Below are positions 16,158 through 27,253 of a stretch of DNA of 32,000 nt, piece after piece; position 1 is the first letter of the stretch, and each line of letters begins with the position of its first letter. A program made the translations under genes and the position numbers. The DNA comes from an uncultured Roseburia sp. (GTDB lineage: Bacteria > Bacillota > Clostridia > Lachnospirales > Lachnospiraceae): contig CANRYS010000020.1 in assembly GCA_947644305.1 (NCBI GenBank), forward strand, positions 23,456 to 55,455, written 5' to 3'. The notes beneath the pieces are model-generated. The model made no database searches and was not told the origin of the DNA. It saw nothing but the letters and a program-made list of their open reading frames with translations.

Positions 16158-16670
16158 TTACATCTGTTTCATATACTCCGCATATCCCATCTGATCCAGC
16201 TTCTCTGCCTTGGCAGTCACTCCATCCTTCATCTCTACCTTGTACTCCTTCAGCTTCTTACGCAGCTCCATATCCGATACGGATAATATCTTTGCCGCCA
16301 GGATACCCGCATTTGCCGCGCCGTCGATGGCAACGGTGGCTACCGGAATACCCGATGGCATCTGCACGATAGAATAAAGGCTGTCCACGCCTCCTACGGA
16401 TTTGGTATGGATCGGGATGCCGATGACCGGAAGGTCAAACAAAGCGGCGCACATGCCCGGGAGGTGTGCAGCTCCCCCAGCGCCGGCGATAATTACCTGT
16501 ATCCCACGCTCTTCCGCCTTTGTTGCATAATCCACAAACACATCTGGCATGCGGTGTGCAGAAATGATTGTCATCTCATATTCGACACCAAACTTCTCCA
16601 ACATCTGAGCTGCCTTCTGCATCACCGGCAGATCTGAATCGCTTCCCATTAAAATTCCAACTTTTGCCAT
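16158..16670 (-). CDS. purE: 5-(carboxyamino)imidazole ribonucleotide mutase
   Basis: VGILMGSDSDLPVM, IISAHRMPD and IAGAGGAAHLPGM are the PurE signature. Preferred start is the ATG at 16668-16670 (MAKVGIL), about 9 nt after GAGAGGA. The track start at 16703 would overlap the upstream gene. Confidence 0.9.
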   Translation of the reverse strand: MAKVGILMGSDSDLPVMQKAAQMLEKFGVEYEMTIISAHRMPDVFVDYATKAEERGIQVIIAGAGGAAHLPGMCAALFDLPVIGIPIHTKSVGGVDSLYSIVQMPSGIPVATVAIDGAANAGILAAKILSVSDMELRKKLKEYKVEMKDGVTAKAEKLDQMGYAEYMKQM

Positions 16671-16689
16671 TTTACTCATCCTCTCTTTC

Positions 16690-18696
16690 TTATTCCATAT
16701 CATTTAGTATTTCTGTGCCCTCCAGCACGAATCTGCCCTCCCGGATAATGGTGATCTCTTTACCATCTCTAGTGTTCACCACGATATCCCCCAGTTCGTC
16801 ATAGGGAATGGTGATGTCCGTGTGGCAGTTAAAATAAGCCTTTTCTATCTCTGTTTTGCGCAGTGCAGAACATTCATTTTCCTTCGCAATGATTTCCTTT
16901 CCATCGGGATTATGAAGAACAATATCCTCACTCATGGAATAACAAGTATCCCCAACGGCAAAGTGTGGTCCCGTCTTCTCAGCGATTAGAATCGGCAACT
17001 TTGCCTCAATCCCAAAACGACGTCCCATGCGGTAGGCAGTGGTATTGGTCCCAATGGCAAACTCTCCCATGGGAAGGGTATCTCTGTTTTGAAGGACATT
17101 TTCTTTTATATATTTGCGGTTCTCCGCATCCTCTTTGTAATTACTACAGTTGTAGTCTTTTATCATTCCATCTTCAAAGGTCATCCGCAGGTTCTCATAT
17201 CTCAGTTGGTTCAGATATACTTTTGTGACATGAAGCACACCATTAGTTCCCTTAAGCACCGGGGAAGTAAATACCTCACCCACGGGAATATTCACATCTG
17301 CCAGACAGTTCTCAAAATTCGTCTCTTTCTCCGGATTCTTTAGCTCATGAAGCATCACGGTGATATCTGTCTCATTCTCTCCTCTGCCGGTGACATGAAC
17401 CGATTCTCCCTGATCCAGCGCATCGATAATGGCCTGATGGACCTTCCGGTAGAGCTCCATATCCAGCGTATTGATCTTGATGGTCTCGTCAAATATTTTT
17501 TCAAAATCACTGCCGATCTCTGGAATCGGGAAAGCAATGATCGTAAAGCTCCGCTCCTCCTCACGGATATAGCGGTTCTGAATCAGCATATAATCCCGGC
17601 GGTAATCCACTGAAAGTTTCTGCTGTTCCGGCGTGTAGGAGGGGCTCTCGCTCTTGGTCTCCGGCGCAAATAATTTTTCCCCGAAGATCTCGATCACTGC
17701 CGGTCCTGCAAAAGTATATGCCAGTTCCTTATAAGTTTCAAATACCTCTTCTGCATGGGAAAGTTTTTCCTTCACGATGGCATGGTTCAGCGTAAGGGCG
17801 TCGTCAAAACGGTGGTCATAAATATACTGCTTGCTCGCCGGCGTCGTACTCACTCCCATCGGCCTTGTATTTCCACTCATAAAAATAACTGGGGTAAGGC
17901 CCATCTCTGCAAACTGCCGGACAGCCTCTCTTACCACTGCCTCAAAACCGATATTGTAACGAATATTTACCGTTTTCTTCTTCGACAGATCTATGCCCGC
18001 CGCCACAAATCCCTGACGGTAACCCTCGGTATATGTTGTGGCGATCTTCTCAATCTTTTCTTTCGGAAGGGAAGAAATATACCGCGCTGTGGCGATCTCA
18101 TTTTCTGTGATATTTTCACCATAATAATACAGGTACTTCTCATCTGACAGATCGCTGTCTGTCACGATGCGCACAAGCCGGTCCAGGGAAGGATCGAGAA
18201 GCCTTCGTATTCCTTTTTCCGTATAATATTTATCATAGTCGTGAACGTAATAATACAGGGTTTCTTTGAGCCATCTCGGTTGGTCTTCTTCGGTAGTAAG
18301 CACCGTATATACCTGTAAAAACAACTCCATCAACAGAAGAAGGGACTCTCTGTCGCCGCCGTAGGCATCCAGGATGCCATCCCGGAAACGGCTGTAGAAA
18401 TAGGCCATTAATTTTCCCTGCTCCTCCCCAAATTTCTCTGTGCAGTACCGGGGATTTCCATAAAACTTCTCGTAGTTGTCCTCTCTCAACGGATCATAAA
18501 ATTGCGTATTCCATGTTTTCAGATGTTCTAGGGACACCGTCTGCAACCCGTCCCCCTCAGCCAGCACCAGCACCTGGTCCAAACTGGTTAATAATACAGC
18601 GGTCTCCTGGCAATACGCTCGGTACACCTCCGGAATATTTGTTTCTGAAATAATTTCATGAATCCTGTTATAAGCAAGCTCATATCGCTCTTTCAT
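16690..18696 (-). CDS. Aminopeptidase, M29 (AmpS/PepS-like) family with a long N-terminal extension
   Basis: 668 aa. C-terminal half has NIPVGEVFTSP, GPHFAVGD and HTDITIP, resembling M29 thermophilic metalloprotease motifs. AGGAGAG SD. Confidence 0.6.
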   Translation of the reverse strand: MKERYELAYNRIHEIISETNIPEVYRAYCQETAVLLTSLDQVLVLAEGDGLQTVSLEHLKTWNTQFYDPLREDNYEKFYGNPRYCTEKFGEEQGKLMAYFYSRFRDGILDAYGGDRESLLLLMELFLQVYTVLTTEEDQPRWLKETLYYYVHDYDKYYTEKGIRRLLDPSLDRLVRIVTDSDLSDEKYLYYYGENITENEIATARYISSLPKEKIEKIATTYTEGYRQGFVAAGIDLSKKKTVNIRYNIGFEAVVREAVRQFAEMGLTPVIFMSGNTRPMGVSTTPASKQYIYDHRFDDALTLNHAIVKEKLSHAEEVFETYKELAYTFAGPAVIEIFGEKLFAPETKSESPSYTPEQQKLSVDYRRDYMLIQNRYIREEERSFTIIAFPIPEIGSDFEKIFDETIKINTLDMELYRKVHQAIIDALDQGESVHVTGRGENETDITVMLHELKNPEKETNFENCLADVNIPVGEVFTSPVLKGTNGVLHVTKVYLNQLRYENLRMTFEDGMIKDYNCSNYKEDAENRKYIKENVLQNRDTLPMGEFAIGTNTTAYRMGRRFGIEAKLPILIAEKTGPHFAVGDTCYSMSEDIVLHNPDGKEIIAKENECSALRKTEIEKAYFNCHTDITIPYDELGDIVVNTRDGKEITIIREGRFVLEGTEILNDME

Positions 18697-18720
18697 ATAT
18701 CTCTCCTATTTTTTATAAGT

Positions 18721-19088
18721 ATGAGCAGCACGATAAGCCGAGTTCTGTCGTTGGATGATCATCTATCTGGACCTGCTGTTGCCAACAGGCTCTAGCGACC
18801 TACCCGAAAGCACGACGGGCCGCCGTATCGCTCTCTGTTCGGTCTTGCTTCGGATGGGGTTTACATCTGCCCTTTCTGTTACCAGAAAGGCGGTGAGCTC
18901 TTACCTCACCATTCCAACCTTACCTGTCCTGCCGCCAAATGGCGGTGGTTACAGGCGGTATATTTCTGTTGCACTAGCCTGGGAGTCACCTCCACCGGAC
19001 GTTATCCGGCATCCTGCCCTGTGAAGCTCGGACTTTCCTCACCTGGGACCTTTCGGTATAGCCAGGTGCGATCATCTGTGCTGCTCAT
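18721..19088 (-). ncRNA. rnpB: RNase P RNA, bacterial class A
   Basis: The minus strand carries the universally conserved GAGGAAAGUCCG (P4 5' strand) and ACAGAACUCGGCUUAUCG (P4 3' strand). The terminal P1 stem AUGAGCAGCAC/GUGCUGCUCAU closes it. Internal blocks (GGGCAGGAUGCCGGAUAACGUCCGG, AGUGCAACAGAAA, CAGGUAAGG...GGUAAGAGCUCACCGC, GGUAACAG) are collinear with E. coli M1 RNA. Confidence 0.92.
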
Positions 19089-19097
19089 ATAATCAGC

Positions 19098-19125
19098 ATC
19101 ATACAATGGAGCGGTACAAACTCAA
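19098..19125 (-). promoter_or_regulatory. Possible rnpB promoter overlapping the end of the nucleoside kinase gene
   Basis: Minus strand TTGAGT-16 nt-TATGAT. The -10 ends about 9 nt before the P1 stem. Confidence 0.35.
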
Positions 19126-20780
19126 TCAAGCAGAATACCGCCCCCGATAAATTCCCTCAAAATCGAATTTAACGGAACCTCCTCGGGATTGATCCCAAGA
19201 AAATAGTCTAAAAATTTTAATAGCCTCTGTGCCTCTGCGTACTCATCGCTCCCCCTGGGAACCCGGAACAAAAGCGGTTCAGCATACTGCTTCAACACTG
19301 CAAGCTCATATACCAGTGAAGAATTAAACATTTCATCGGCTTTTTCCTGGAATGGAAAAATATTTTCACTCTCTCCATTTCTCACGGATTTCCACATGGA
19401 AATGGTTTTCTGTGCCCCATGTCCTCTCGTTCTGGCATCCCGGATGATCCTCCGCAGAAGTCTGCCATCCGTGGTAGGAATGCGGTTATGCTCATCAATA
19501 TTCAATGACGTCAAAGCACTGATATACACCTTAAATTTATTCTCTGCCGGAATCTTTTCTGTCAATTTATCATTCAGTCCATGAATCCCCTCGATAACAA
19601 GAATCTCTTCCTCTGAAAGTTTCATCAAAGGTTTGTTGTATTCACGCATTCCTGTGATAAAATTGTAGGTAGGCAGTTGAACCTCTTCTCCTGCCAGCAA
19701 GTTTCCCAGATCCTCATTGAATTGAGCGGTATCAATGGCCTCGATACACTCATAATTATATTTTCCGTCGGGATCCTTCGGGGTATCCACCCGGTTTACA
19801 AAATAGTCATCCATCGCGATAGGATGGGGTTTTAGCCCCAGCGTCTTGAGCTGTGCCGACAACCGGTAAGAAAATGTAGTTTTCCCGGAAGAAGAGGGGC
19901 CGGCTATGGTCACCACCCGGATCTTTCCAGAGGCCGCGATCTGCTCGGCGATATCCCCAATTCGCTTTTCGTGCAGCGCTTCCTGTACCATAATCAGTTC
20001 CCTCATGCCGCCATTGACAATCACATCGTTGAGTTGTCCCACATGTTCTGCCCCTAGCCGCAGTCCCCACTCAGAAGTCTGTTTTAATTTATTATGCAGT
20101 TTCATACTGGGTGCAAACTCCGGCAATTCATCCGGCCTGTCAGCTCTGGGAACGATAAATACAAAACCATCATCAAATTTTTGCAGACGGAACCATTTGA
20201 GCACTCCTGTGCTGTAAGGCATGGGACCATAGAAATAATCCATCACCTTGCCGAGACGATAGAGATTTACCTTGGAACTTCTCCTATATTTCAACAGACT
20301 GCATTTATCGAACATCTTGCGCTCCCGAAAGAGCTGAATCGCCTTATCCACACTTATGGACTTCTTTTCAATTACCATGTCGTCCTCGACGTATTTGCGC
20401 ATCCGCGCCTCAACCCGCTCTAAGAGTTCCTCTGTCACCTCAGTCCCCCGAAGTGTACAATAAAATCCAGTATCCAGACTATTTTCCACTGTGATCTTTT
20501 CAAACTGATCCTTGGGTACTTCTTTGTAAAAGGCTTTCAGCATCATCATGGTAATTCCCCGAACATAGGCTTTCTTTCCCTCTTCCTCCGCATAAGTACA
20601 AAAACGTACCTCACTGTCCTCATGAAGATCGGAAGTGAGCTCCTTCACTACCCCGTTCACCTTGGCAGTGATAATATCCCTCTCCTGACAGGTTCCATAC
20701 TGCCTCGCCAGCTCGTACAGAGTGGTTCCTTTTTGACATTCCATCGTCCTACCATCTATCGTAACCTGAATCATATCCAT
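19122..20780 (-). CDS. Nucleoside (uridine-type) kinase with an N-terminal TGS/ThrRS-like domain
   Basis: 552 aa. N-terminus IQVTIDGRTMECQKGTTLYELA is TGS-like. P-loop IAGPSSSGKTTF sits in a PRK/Udk-like C-terminal half. The second ATG (20774) has better SD spacing than 20780. Confidence 0.72.
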   Translation of the reverse strand: MDMIQVTIDGRTMECQKGTTLYELARQYGTCQERDIITAKVNGVVKELTSDLHEDSEVRFCTYAEEEGKKAYVRGITMMMLKAFYKEVPKDQFEKITVENSLDTGFYCTLRGTEVTEELLERVEARMRKYVEDDMVIEKKSISVDKAIQLFRERKMFDKCSLLKYRRSSKVNLYRLGKVMDYFYGPMPYSTGVLKWFRLQKFDDGFVFIVPRADRPDELPEFAPSMKLHNKLKQTSEWGLRLGAEHVGQLNDVIVNGGMRELIMVQEALHEKRIGDIAEQIAASGKIRVVTIAGPSSSGKTTFSYRLSAQLKTLGLKPHPIAMDDYFVNRVDTPKDPDGKYNYECIEAIDTAQFNEDLGNLLAGEEVQLPTYNFITGMREYNKPLMKLSEEEILVIEGIHGLNDKLTEKIPAENKFKVYISALTSLNIDEHNRIPTTDGRLLRRIIRDARTRGHGAQKTISMWKSVRNGESENIFPFQEKADEMFNSSLVYELAVLKQYAEPLLFRVPRGSDEYAEAQRLLKFLDYFLGINPEEVPLNSILREFIGGGILLD

Positions 20781-20787
20781 CTCCTTC

Positions 20788-21492
20788 TCACCCTTCTTTC
20801 ATATTGGCTAGACATGCCTCGATTTCCCGGATCTTTCTCACAATTTCTTCCCGATCTTCCCGATTTGCAGAGGCAAACTGAGGATTCTCAAGAATACGTT
20901 CAAAGGTGTTTTTTTCTTTGTTCAAATAGCTCTGAAATACGGGATCTCTCCTCTGCGCCAAATATGTACCATACCGGAACTGCCACTCTGCCTCCGGTTT
21001 TTCTTCATCTTCTGCCTCGCGTCGCTCCGCCCGTATGGCAAAATAGTATTTACCATCCTCCAGACAGATCTTCTCCTGACAGATCGAAAACCCATGCTCC
21101 CAGAGGTAATGTCTCACGGCTCCGATATCCGACTGAGGCTGCAGGATCAGAGTACGAACCTGTTGAAGTACTGCCCTTCCCTCGGAAAGTATATGAATCA
21201 TAAGAGGGCCGCCCATACCCGCGATCATCAGCGTATCCACTTCTCCAGGAAGCAGCCTCTCTGTTCCGTTTCCCTGACGGCATTCAATCTGCCGCTCCAG
21301 ACCGGCCAGGCGCACATGTTCGATCGCCCTCTCAATAGGCCCCCGATTCACATCAGAAGCAATAACTCTTTCCGCGATTCCCTGCTGGACGAGCCAGATC
21401 GAAGCATACCCGTGATCGCATCCGATATCCGCAATTCTCGCTCCTCTTGGCACCAGTGATACATTCATCTTTAGACGTTCTGACAACTGCAT
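20788..21492 (-). CDS. trmK: tRNA (adenine(22)-N(1))-methyltransferase
   Basis: 234 aa. IADIGCDHGY SAM motif and DTLMIAGMGG. Lies immediately downstream of sigA, as in Bacillus yqfN. The start shares 1 nt with the sigA stop. Confidence 0.8.
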   Translation of the reverse strand: MQLSERLKMNVSLVPRGARIADIGCDHGYASIWLVQQGIAERVIASDVNRGPIERAIEHVRLAGLERQIECRQGNGTERLLPGEVDTLMIAGMGGPLMIHILSEGRAVLQQVRTLILQPQSDIGAVRHYLWEHGFSICQEKICLEDGKYYFAIRAERREAEDEEKPEAEWQFRYGTYLAQRRDPVFQSYLNKEKNTFERILENPQFASANREDREEIVRKIREIEACLANMKEG

Positions 21493-22634
21493 CAGTCCAA
21501 ATAATCCTTTAATTTTCTGCTTCGGCTCGGATGGCGGAGTTTGCGGAGCGCTTTGGCCTCGATCTGACGAATACGCTCTCTGGTGACATCAAACTCCTTG
21601 CCCACTTCCTCCAACGTCCTGGCGCGTCCGTCGTCCAACCCAAACCGGAGTCTGAGCACTTTTTGTTCTCTCTCTGTCAATGTATCCAATACCTCCGTAA
21701 GCTGTTCCTTTAACAGAGTAAAAGCTGCCGCCTCCGCCGGCACTGGTACATTGTCGTCCTGTATAAAATCTCCCAGATGGCTGTCTTCCTCTTCGCCAAT
21801 CGGCGTCTCCAGAGAAACCGGTTCTTGGGAAATCTTCTGAATCTCCCGTACTCGGTCCACCGGAAGCTGCATCTCCTTTGCAATCTCTTCTGGATAAGGT
21901 TCCCGTCCCAGTTCCTGTAAAAGCTGTCTCTGCACCCGAATCAGTTTATTGATGGTCTCCACCATATGCACCGGAATACGGATGGTACGCGCCTGGTCTG
22001 CGATGGCTCTGGTGATCGCCTGGCGAATCCACCAGGTGGCATAGGTACTGAATTTATAGCCCTTGCGGTAATCAAACTTTTCCACTGCCTTAATCAGACC
22101 AAGGTTGCCCTCCTGGATCAGATCCAGAAAAAGCATCCCCCGTCCCACATACCTCTTGGCAATGCTTACCACAAGACGCAGATTCGCCTCTGCAAGCCGC
22201 TTTTTCGAGTCAGCATCCCCTTCTTCCATCTTCTTCGCCAGCTCTACTTCCTCGTCAGCAGACAACAATGGCACCTTGCCGATCTCCTTCAAATACATGC
22301 GGACCGGATCCTCAATGCTGACGCCATCGGGAACAGAGAATTCAATATTTTCCAACTCCTCTTCCGTCGGCTCATCGTCTACATCAAGGATAATATCGTC
22401 GTCGGTATCACTGTCTGGAACCATTGCCACGATACCGTTTTGTTCAAGATAATCAAGAATCTTTTCGGTCTTATCACCGTCCAGATCAATTTCCTTAAAC
22501 TGGGCGTTGATATCACTAAATTCCAGGATCCCATTTTTTTTCTTCCCAAGCTCCACAAGTGTATTTAGTCCTTCTAAAAATAACGCTCGCTCGTCCACTG
22601 TATTCTTATTATCTTTCATGTCTTCCTCCTTCAT
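21492..22634 (-). CDS. sigA: RNA polymerase primary sigma factor
   Basis: Region 2 [30 protein letters not shown] and region 4.2 [30 protein letters not shown]. The sixth-codon ATG (22619) has the better SD (GGAGG-N5). Confidence 0.95.
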   Translation of the reverse strand: MKEEDMKDNKNTVDERALFLEGLNTLVELGKKKNGILEFSDINAQFKEIDLDGDKTEKILDYLEQNGIVAMVPDSDTDDDIILDVDDEPTEEELENIEFSVPDGVSIEDPVRMYLKEIGKVPLLSADEEVELAKKMEEGDADSKKRLAEANLRLVVSIAKRYVGRGMLFLDLIQEGNLGLIKAVEKFDYRKGYKFSTYATWWIRQAITRAIADQARTIRIPVHMVETINKLIRVQRQLLQELGREPYPEEIAKEMQLPVDRVREIQKISQEPVSLETPIGEEEDSHLGDFIQDDNVPVPAEAAAFTLLKEQLTEVLDTLTEREQKVLRLRFGLDDGRARTLEEVGKEFDVTRERIRQIEAKALRKLRHPSRSRKLKDYLD

Positions 22635-22644
22635 TCTATCGACA

Positions 22645-24414
22645 TCACTGTACCGGTAGTCTCAGACTCAGATGCTCCAGTTTCTTTTTCTCTGCAATCA
22701 ACGCCTGCAGTTGGGACAAATCTGTGATCTCCCTGCTCTGTTTTTCCAGACTCGCTTTCTTTAGTGTCTTTACTACTTCATTCAGCGCCTTTTCCCGCTC
22801 CGTGTGTTCTCTGACTTCCTTTACCTGGCGGTTGAACAGTCCCGCTACCACCGATTGTTCTTCCTTGCTGTCAAATCGGCTGATGATCGCCGCCGGCGAC
22901 ATGCTTCCTGTCTCTGCCTGCTCATACAGCAGTTTTGCCACTTCCCGGTATGGTTCATCCAGAAAATCTTCCGGCAGGATCGTCTCTTTGACAATGGGAT
23001 ATAAAGACAGGTCTTCGCTGATCCATGTCAGCAGAATTGCCTGAATCCGCCCAATGCCATCCTCTTTCCCGTTGTCTTTCTTTTTCTGTCTCTCACTCTT
23101 TATCTTTTCATATTGGATTCCCACTGCTGCCGCCGCATGATGCTTTACCAACTGTCTGAAATCTTCACTGCGAATCCCATATTCTCTGGAAAACGCCTCT
23201 ATATAATTATTTCTCTCTATTTCATTTTCAAACGTCAGGCATTTTTTTGCGGCCTCATTCATAAACTTTGTCTTTTCTTCGGGGTCCCCCATATCGTATT
23301 CTCTCTGCAAAATACCAATTTCATAGAAGAAACTGTTTTGCGCGGAATGAATACGGCTCTGGAACTCCTCTGCCGACAAACCTTTGATAAATTCGTCAGG
23401 ATCTTTATAAGGCTGCATGTCTATAACCCGCACCGTCAGTCCCGCCTCTTTCAACAAAGGAATTGCCCGGAGTGCCGCCTTGACGCCGGCACCATCACTG
23501 TCGTAGCAGAGATAGACGGTATCCGTATATCTTTTTAAAAGGCTGCTCTGTTGGCTGGTAAATGCTGTGCCAAGAGATGCCACTGCATTTGTAAATCCCG
23601 CCTGGTGAAGAGCAATCACGTCCATATACCCCTCACAGATGATCATGCCCTGGTCCTGCCTCCCGTGTACAAAATTCAAGCCATACAAATTCCGGCTCTT
23701 ATCAAAGACCATTGTCTCCGGCGAGTTCAAGTACTTCGGTTTTCCATCTCCCATCACCCGTCCGCCAAAGGCGATCACTTTTCCCGATCGATCCATAATG
23801 GGATACATAACCCGGTTCCAGAACTTATCATAAACGCCCTTTTTCTCATGAAAGGTAAACAATCCTGTCTGGTTTAATATAGTATCGTCAAAACCTTTCT
23901 TTTTCATGTATTGGTACAAATCATCGCTAAACTTGTCCGAATATCCTAGACCGAACCGGCGTATCGTTTCCTCGGAAAGTGCTCTTTGCAAAAGATATTT
24001 TTTTGCCTCTTCTCCCCGCCCAGAATTGAGTTTCGCGTAAAAATAATTGGCGGCCAGCTTGTAAATCTCCAGAATCCGCTCCCTCGTATTGCGCCGTCTC
24101 CGGTCCTCTTCGGAATTGCTTTTTTCTGGTAGCGCCATGCCGGCGCGGCCCGCCAGTTGTTCCAATGCTTCTGGAAATGTCAAATTCTCATATTCCATAA
24201 GAAAGGTAAAAACATTTCCACCTGCTCCACAGCCAAAGCAGTAATACATCTGCTTGCCTCCTGAAACCGAAAAAGAAGGTGTCTTTTCATTATGAAACGG
24301 ACATAGGCCTGTAAAATTGCTCCCGCTTTTTTTTAAATTGACATAGCCGGAAATCACATCCACAATATCATTTCTCTGACGGACTTCCTCGATAAACTCC
24401 TCACTATAATACAT
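22645..24414 (-). CDS. dnaG: DNA primase
   Basis: Zinc-binding [13 protein letters not shown]...[28 protein letters not shown]...CYDSDGAG. Confidence 0.95.
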   Translation of the reverse strand: MYYSEEFIEEVRQRNDIVDVISGYVNLKKSGSNFTGLCPFHNEKTPSFSVSGGKQMYYCFGCGAGGNVFTFLMEYENLTFPEALEQLAGRAGMALPEKSNSEEDRRRRNTRERILEIYKLAANYFYAKLNSGRGEEAKKYLLQRALSEETIRRFGLGYSDKFSDDLYQYMKKKGFDDTILNQTGLFTFHEKKGVYDKFWNRVMYPIMDRSGKVIAFGGRVMGDGKPKYLNSPETMVFDKSRNLYGLNFVHGRQDQGMIICEGYMDVIALHQAGFTNAVASLGTAFTSQQSSLLKRYTDTVYLCYDSDGAGVKAALRAIPLLKEAGLTVRVIDMQPYKDPDEFIKGLSAEEFQSRIHSAQNSFFYEIGILQREYDMGDPEEKTKFMNEAAKKCLTFENEIERNNYIEAFSREYGIRSEDFRQLVKHHAAAAVGIQYEKIKSERQKKKDNGKEDGIGRIQAILLTWISEDLSLYPIVKETILPEDFLDEPYREVAKLLYEQAETGSMSPAAIISRFDSKEEQSVVAGLFNRQVKEVREHTEREKALNEVVKTLKKASLEKQSREITDLSQLQALIAEKKKLEHLSLRLPVQ

Positions 24415-24433
24415 CTGCCAGCCTGTCCTCCTG

Positions 24434-25444
24434 TCAATAAACCCTCCATGTCTTCGGTATCATCAGACTCTGGTAGGTGGATACGGCATACCGGTCTGTC
24501 ATACCGGCAATATAATCACACACCACACGCTCCACGGTCTCCCCCTGCTCCCATATCATTCTTGTGTATTCCTCAGGCAATTCTTCCATATGTTTTACAT
24601 AATACTCAAAAAGCTGTCCTATCATTCGTTCAGCTTTCCCCTCTTCTACCTTTGCCACAGAATTTACATACACATTGGCAAACATATATCGGCGGAGATG
24701 GAGCAGCGCCTCGTATTTTTCGTCGGACATAATGATGTCTTCTTTCCCCATGCTGTTGCTGACGATATCATGTATCAGTGTATTCAACCGCTCTCTTAGC
24801 GTGGCGCCAAGTACCTGGACACACCCGTCGGGAATATCCGTCTCTCGTATGATCCTTCCTCGTATGGCATCGTCGATATCTGAATTGACATAAGCGATCT
24901 TATCACAGAGCCTTACGATCTTTCCCTCCAGTGTCGATGGGCTGCCGGAAGTAGAATGATTCAGTATCCCATCCCGGACCTCTTTCGTAAGATTTAAGCC
25001 CCTTCCATTCTTCTCCAACCTTTCCACCACCCGCACACTTTGGAGCTGATGATGAAATCCATCGGAACAAATCCGGTTCAGCATTCGTTCTCCAGCATGT
25101 CCAAAGGGCGTATGTCCGAGATCATGTCCCAGCGCCACTGCCTCTGCCAGATCCTCATTCAGACGCAGCGCCTTGGCGATGGTTCTCGCATTCTGTGAAA
25201 CCTCCAGCGTATGGGTCAGTCTGGTGCGGTAATGGTCTCCCTCTGGCGCCAAAAAAACCTGAGTCTTTCCTTTCAGCCTGCGAAATGCCTTGGAGTGCAG
25301 GATCCGGTCCCGGTCCCTCTGATAGACTGGACGCAGATCACAGGGTTCCTCTGGATGATCTCTTCCCAGAGATTGGTCGCTGAATGCAGCAAAGGGACTG
25401 AATATATCATGCTCTCTCTGCTCAAACTCTTCCCGTAATGTCAT
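24434..25444 (-). CDS. dgt: Deoxyguanosinetriphosphate triphosphohydrolase-like HD-domain protein
   Basis: 336 aa. RTRLTHTLEVSQ and GHDLGHTPFGHAGE HD motifs. Lies directly upstream of dnaG. Confidence 0.85.
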   Translation of the reverse strand: MTLREEFEQREHDIFSPFAAFSDQSLGRDHPEEPCDLRPVYQRDRDRILHSKAFRRLKGKTQVFLAPEGDHYRTRLTHTLEVSQNARTIAKALRLNEDLAEAVALGHDLGHTPFGHAGERMLNRICSDGFHHQLQSVRVVERLEKNGRGLNLTKEVRDGILNHSTSGSPSTLEGKIVRLCDKIAYVNSDIDDAIRGRIIRETDIPDGCVQVLGATLRERLNTLIHDIVSNSMGKEDIIMSDEKYEALLHLRRYMFANVYVNSVAKVEEGKAERMIGQLFEYYVKHMEELPEEYTRMIWEQGETVERVVCDYIAGMTDRYAVSTYQSLMIPKTWRVY

Positions 25445-25648
25445 CTATGTACCCCTTTTTTTCTTAAAAAAACACCTACACTTTATTATTTCAACACGAA
25501 AGAGGAATTTCCTTTTTTCTTATTGATTATTTTTTCACGATGTTGTACACTTACTTTTAGATAGATAAACGGCACGTTTTTGGACCTTATTGACCATGTG
25601 TCAGCACACTAGATAACAGATACATTATATTCAGAAGGAGTATTACAT

Positions 25649-25906
25649 ATGGCAAGAACTGGAAAAAATACATGGGCACTTTTTTTACTGCTTTTGGCAG
25701 GCATCGTTTTGGGAAGTTTTATCGCCCAGATGACAGCCGGGATTTCTGGCCTCTCCTGGCTTTCCTTCGGGAAAACCTTCGGATTGGATAACCCCATTAC
25801 ATTAAATCTTGGAGTTCTCGTTCTCACTTTTGGCCTCAAGATCAAATTTACCATCGCCAGCATTATCGGAATTGTGATCGCCGCTATTATTTATCGTTTC
25901 CTATAG
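25649..25906 (+). CDS. DUF4321 domain-containing small membrane protein
   Basis: 85 aa, two hydrophobic helices, pattern ...LSFGKTFGLDNPITLNLGVLVLTFGLKIKF... AAGGAG SD 8 nt before the ATG. The only convincing plus-strand gene. Confidence 0.65.
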   Translation: MARTGKNTWALFLLLLAGIVLGSFIAQMTAGISGLSWLSFGKTFGLDNPITLNLGVLVLTFGLKIKFTIASIIGIVIAAIIYRFL

Positions 25907-26036
25907 TAAAAGTATCAACCTTTATTGTAAGATCACCGTACTCGAAGACTTTTTTGCTTTATGGGTTGATTTTCAAGAAACACCTTTCATTTACACCTTT
26001 GCTCAATCTCCTGCGAAAACAAGGAATTCTTACCTT

Positions 26037-26360
26037 TTATAGAACAGATGAAACACCTACCCAGGCAATCAGCAATAGTGACCATCCAAACAGTAAGTTT
26101 TGCATGTGGGTACACCATTCCAGAGAAGTCGATTTGTCGAAAGCATATTGACATTCAACTTCAGCTTCTCCAATTATAAATCCAACACCCATATATGAAA
26201 CAGAGCATTCTTCATAATTTACCAGTACAAAAGTAAAGCCATCAAGTGTATGCGAAGCAGAAGTTAAACATTTACATCTCTGTGCTTTTTCTACATCTCT
26301 AATAGTAGTATGTAATATATAGAATATTTTGATGTAACTTAAATTCCACACTGTGTACAT
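26037..26360 (-). CDS. Hypothetical 107-aa protein with a hydrophobic C-terminus (possibly the frameshifted remainder of a gene starting at 26380)
   Basis: The ATG at 26358-26360 has no SD. A perfect GGAGGG+ATG at 26378-26380 opens a different frame that stops after 13 codons. Low-GC region. Confidence 0.25.
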   Translation of the reverse strand: MYTVWNLSYIKIFYILHTTIRDVEKAQRCKCLTSASHTLDGFTFVLVNYEECSVSYMGVGFIIGEAEVECQYAFDKSTSLEWCTHMQNLLFGWSLLLIAWVGVSSVL

Positions 26361-26424
26361 ATTGCAGGTACTGATGACATAATACTAATCCCTCCATAAA
26401 ATATCAACATCTATTATTTAGATT

Positions 26425-26650
26425 TTATGAATTCATAAGCAAAATCTTTATTTGCTGATTAATCGCATCTTTTAACTCATCAGAAAATTCAGAGCCATTT
26501 TCAAAATATTGATCTTTAATACTAATAAAGTTCTCTGTATGAGTTCCATCTGGTTTTTCAGTATCATGACTTTGTCCACTTAATCCATGTAAAAAGCAAA
26601 ACCATCAACCTTTTTAGAACATAATCAAAATTGATGGTTTTCATATCCAT
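26425..26650 (-). pseudogene. Frameshifted gene remnant
   Basis: MDMKTINFDYVLKRLMVLLF... runs into a T5 run near 26590. It continues in another frame as LHGLSGQSHDTEKPDGTHTENFISIKDQYFENGSEFSDELKDAINQQIKILLMNS*. Neither piece alone looks complete. Confidence 0.3.
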
Positions 26651-27230
26651 TACTTTCTTTCTACTTGTATCAGGGCTTATGGTAATATTGTCAGTGCTCC
26701 ATTGTGCACCATCTAGTGCACCATTTTTCAAAAACCAATATGAATCTATATGGAAATATATCAGAGTAACAAAGCCACACAAGCCAGTATTCAGGGGATT
26801 TTATGGAATTACGGAAAAATTTATGAAACCGGCTCGCAAATTACGATTCCGAGCCGCATAACATTTCTTACCTTTTCAGAAACGCCGTATTTCCATGGGT
26901 TTCCTCCTTTCTCTTTATTTTTATCAATTTTTGTGCGAGCTTTTTACACACAGCATACTTTTGATCTATTTTCAAATTATCTTTTGTTCTCACGTTCACA
27001 AAATGCAAACAACAAAAGAGATTGACACCATGATAAAGTGTACCATAAAAGGGTTCAAAAGTAAACGGTAGAAATCAATCACAGTACGGAAATCACTCTA
27101 TACTATTTTTAATTTTAACTTTTTGAAAATTACTTCTTAAATAATTTCCAATCCACCTATGTGGGATGTTCTTTAAATCCCTTTTGTCTCTAATTGGAGT
27201 ATTAATCAAATCCTTATTGTACTACTATCT

Positions 27231-27253
27231 AAAACGGTTCTTATTACCGTTTT
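27231..27253 (-). terminator. Hairpin AAAACGGU-N7-ACCGUUUU directly after the lipoprotein gene
   Basis: Perfect 8-bp palindromic stem starting 9 nt after the TAG. The U run is part of the 3' arm. Confidence 0.4.

Noticed and set aside
18755-19024. 89-aa plus-strand ORF
   Set aside because: It lies entirely within the RNase P RNA gene on the opposite strand, so it is an artefact of a structured, GC-rich RNA gene.
24434-25444. dGTPase as an anti-phage nucleotide-depletion defence gene
   Set aside because: It sits immediately upstream of dnaG-sigA, an arrangement consistent with a housekeeping HD-domain dGTPase-like gene. It has native composition and no flanking defence or mobile genes.
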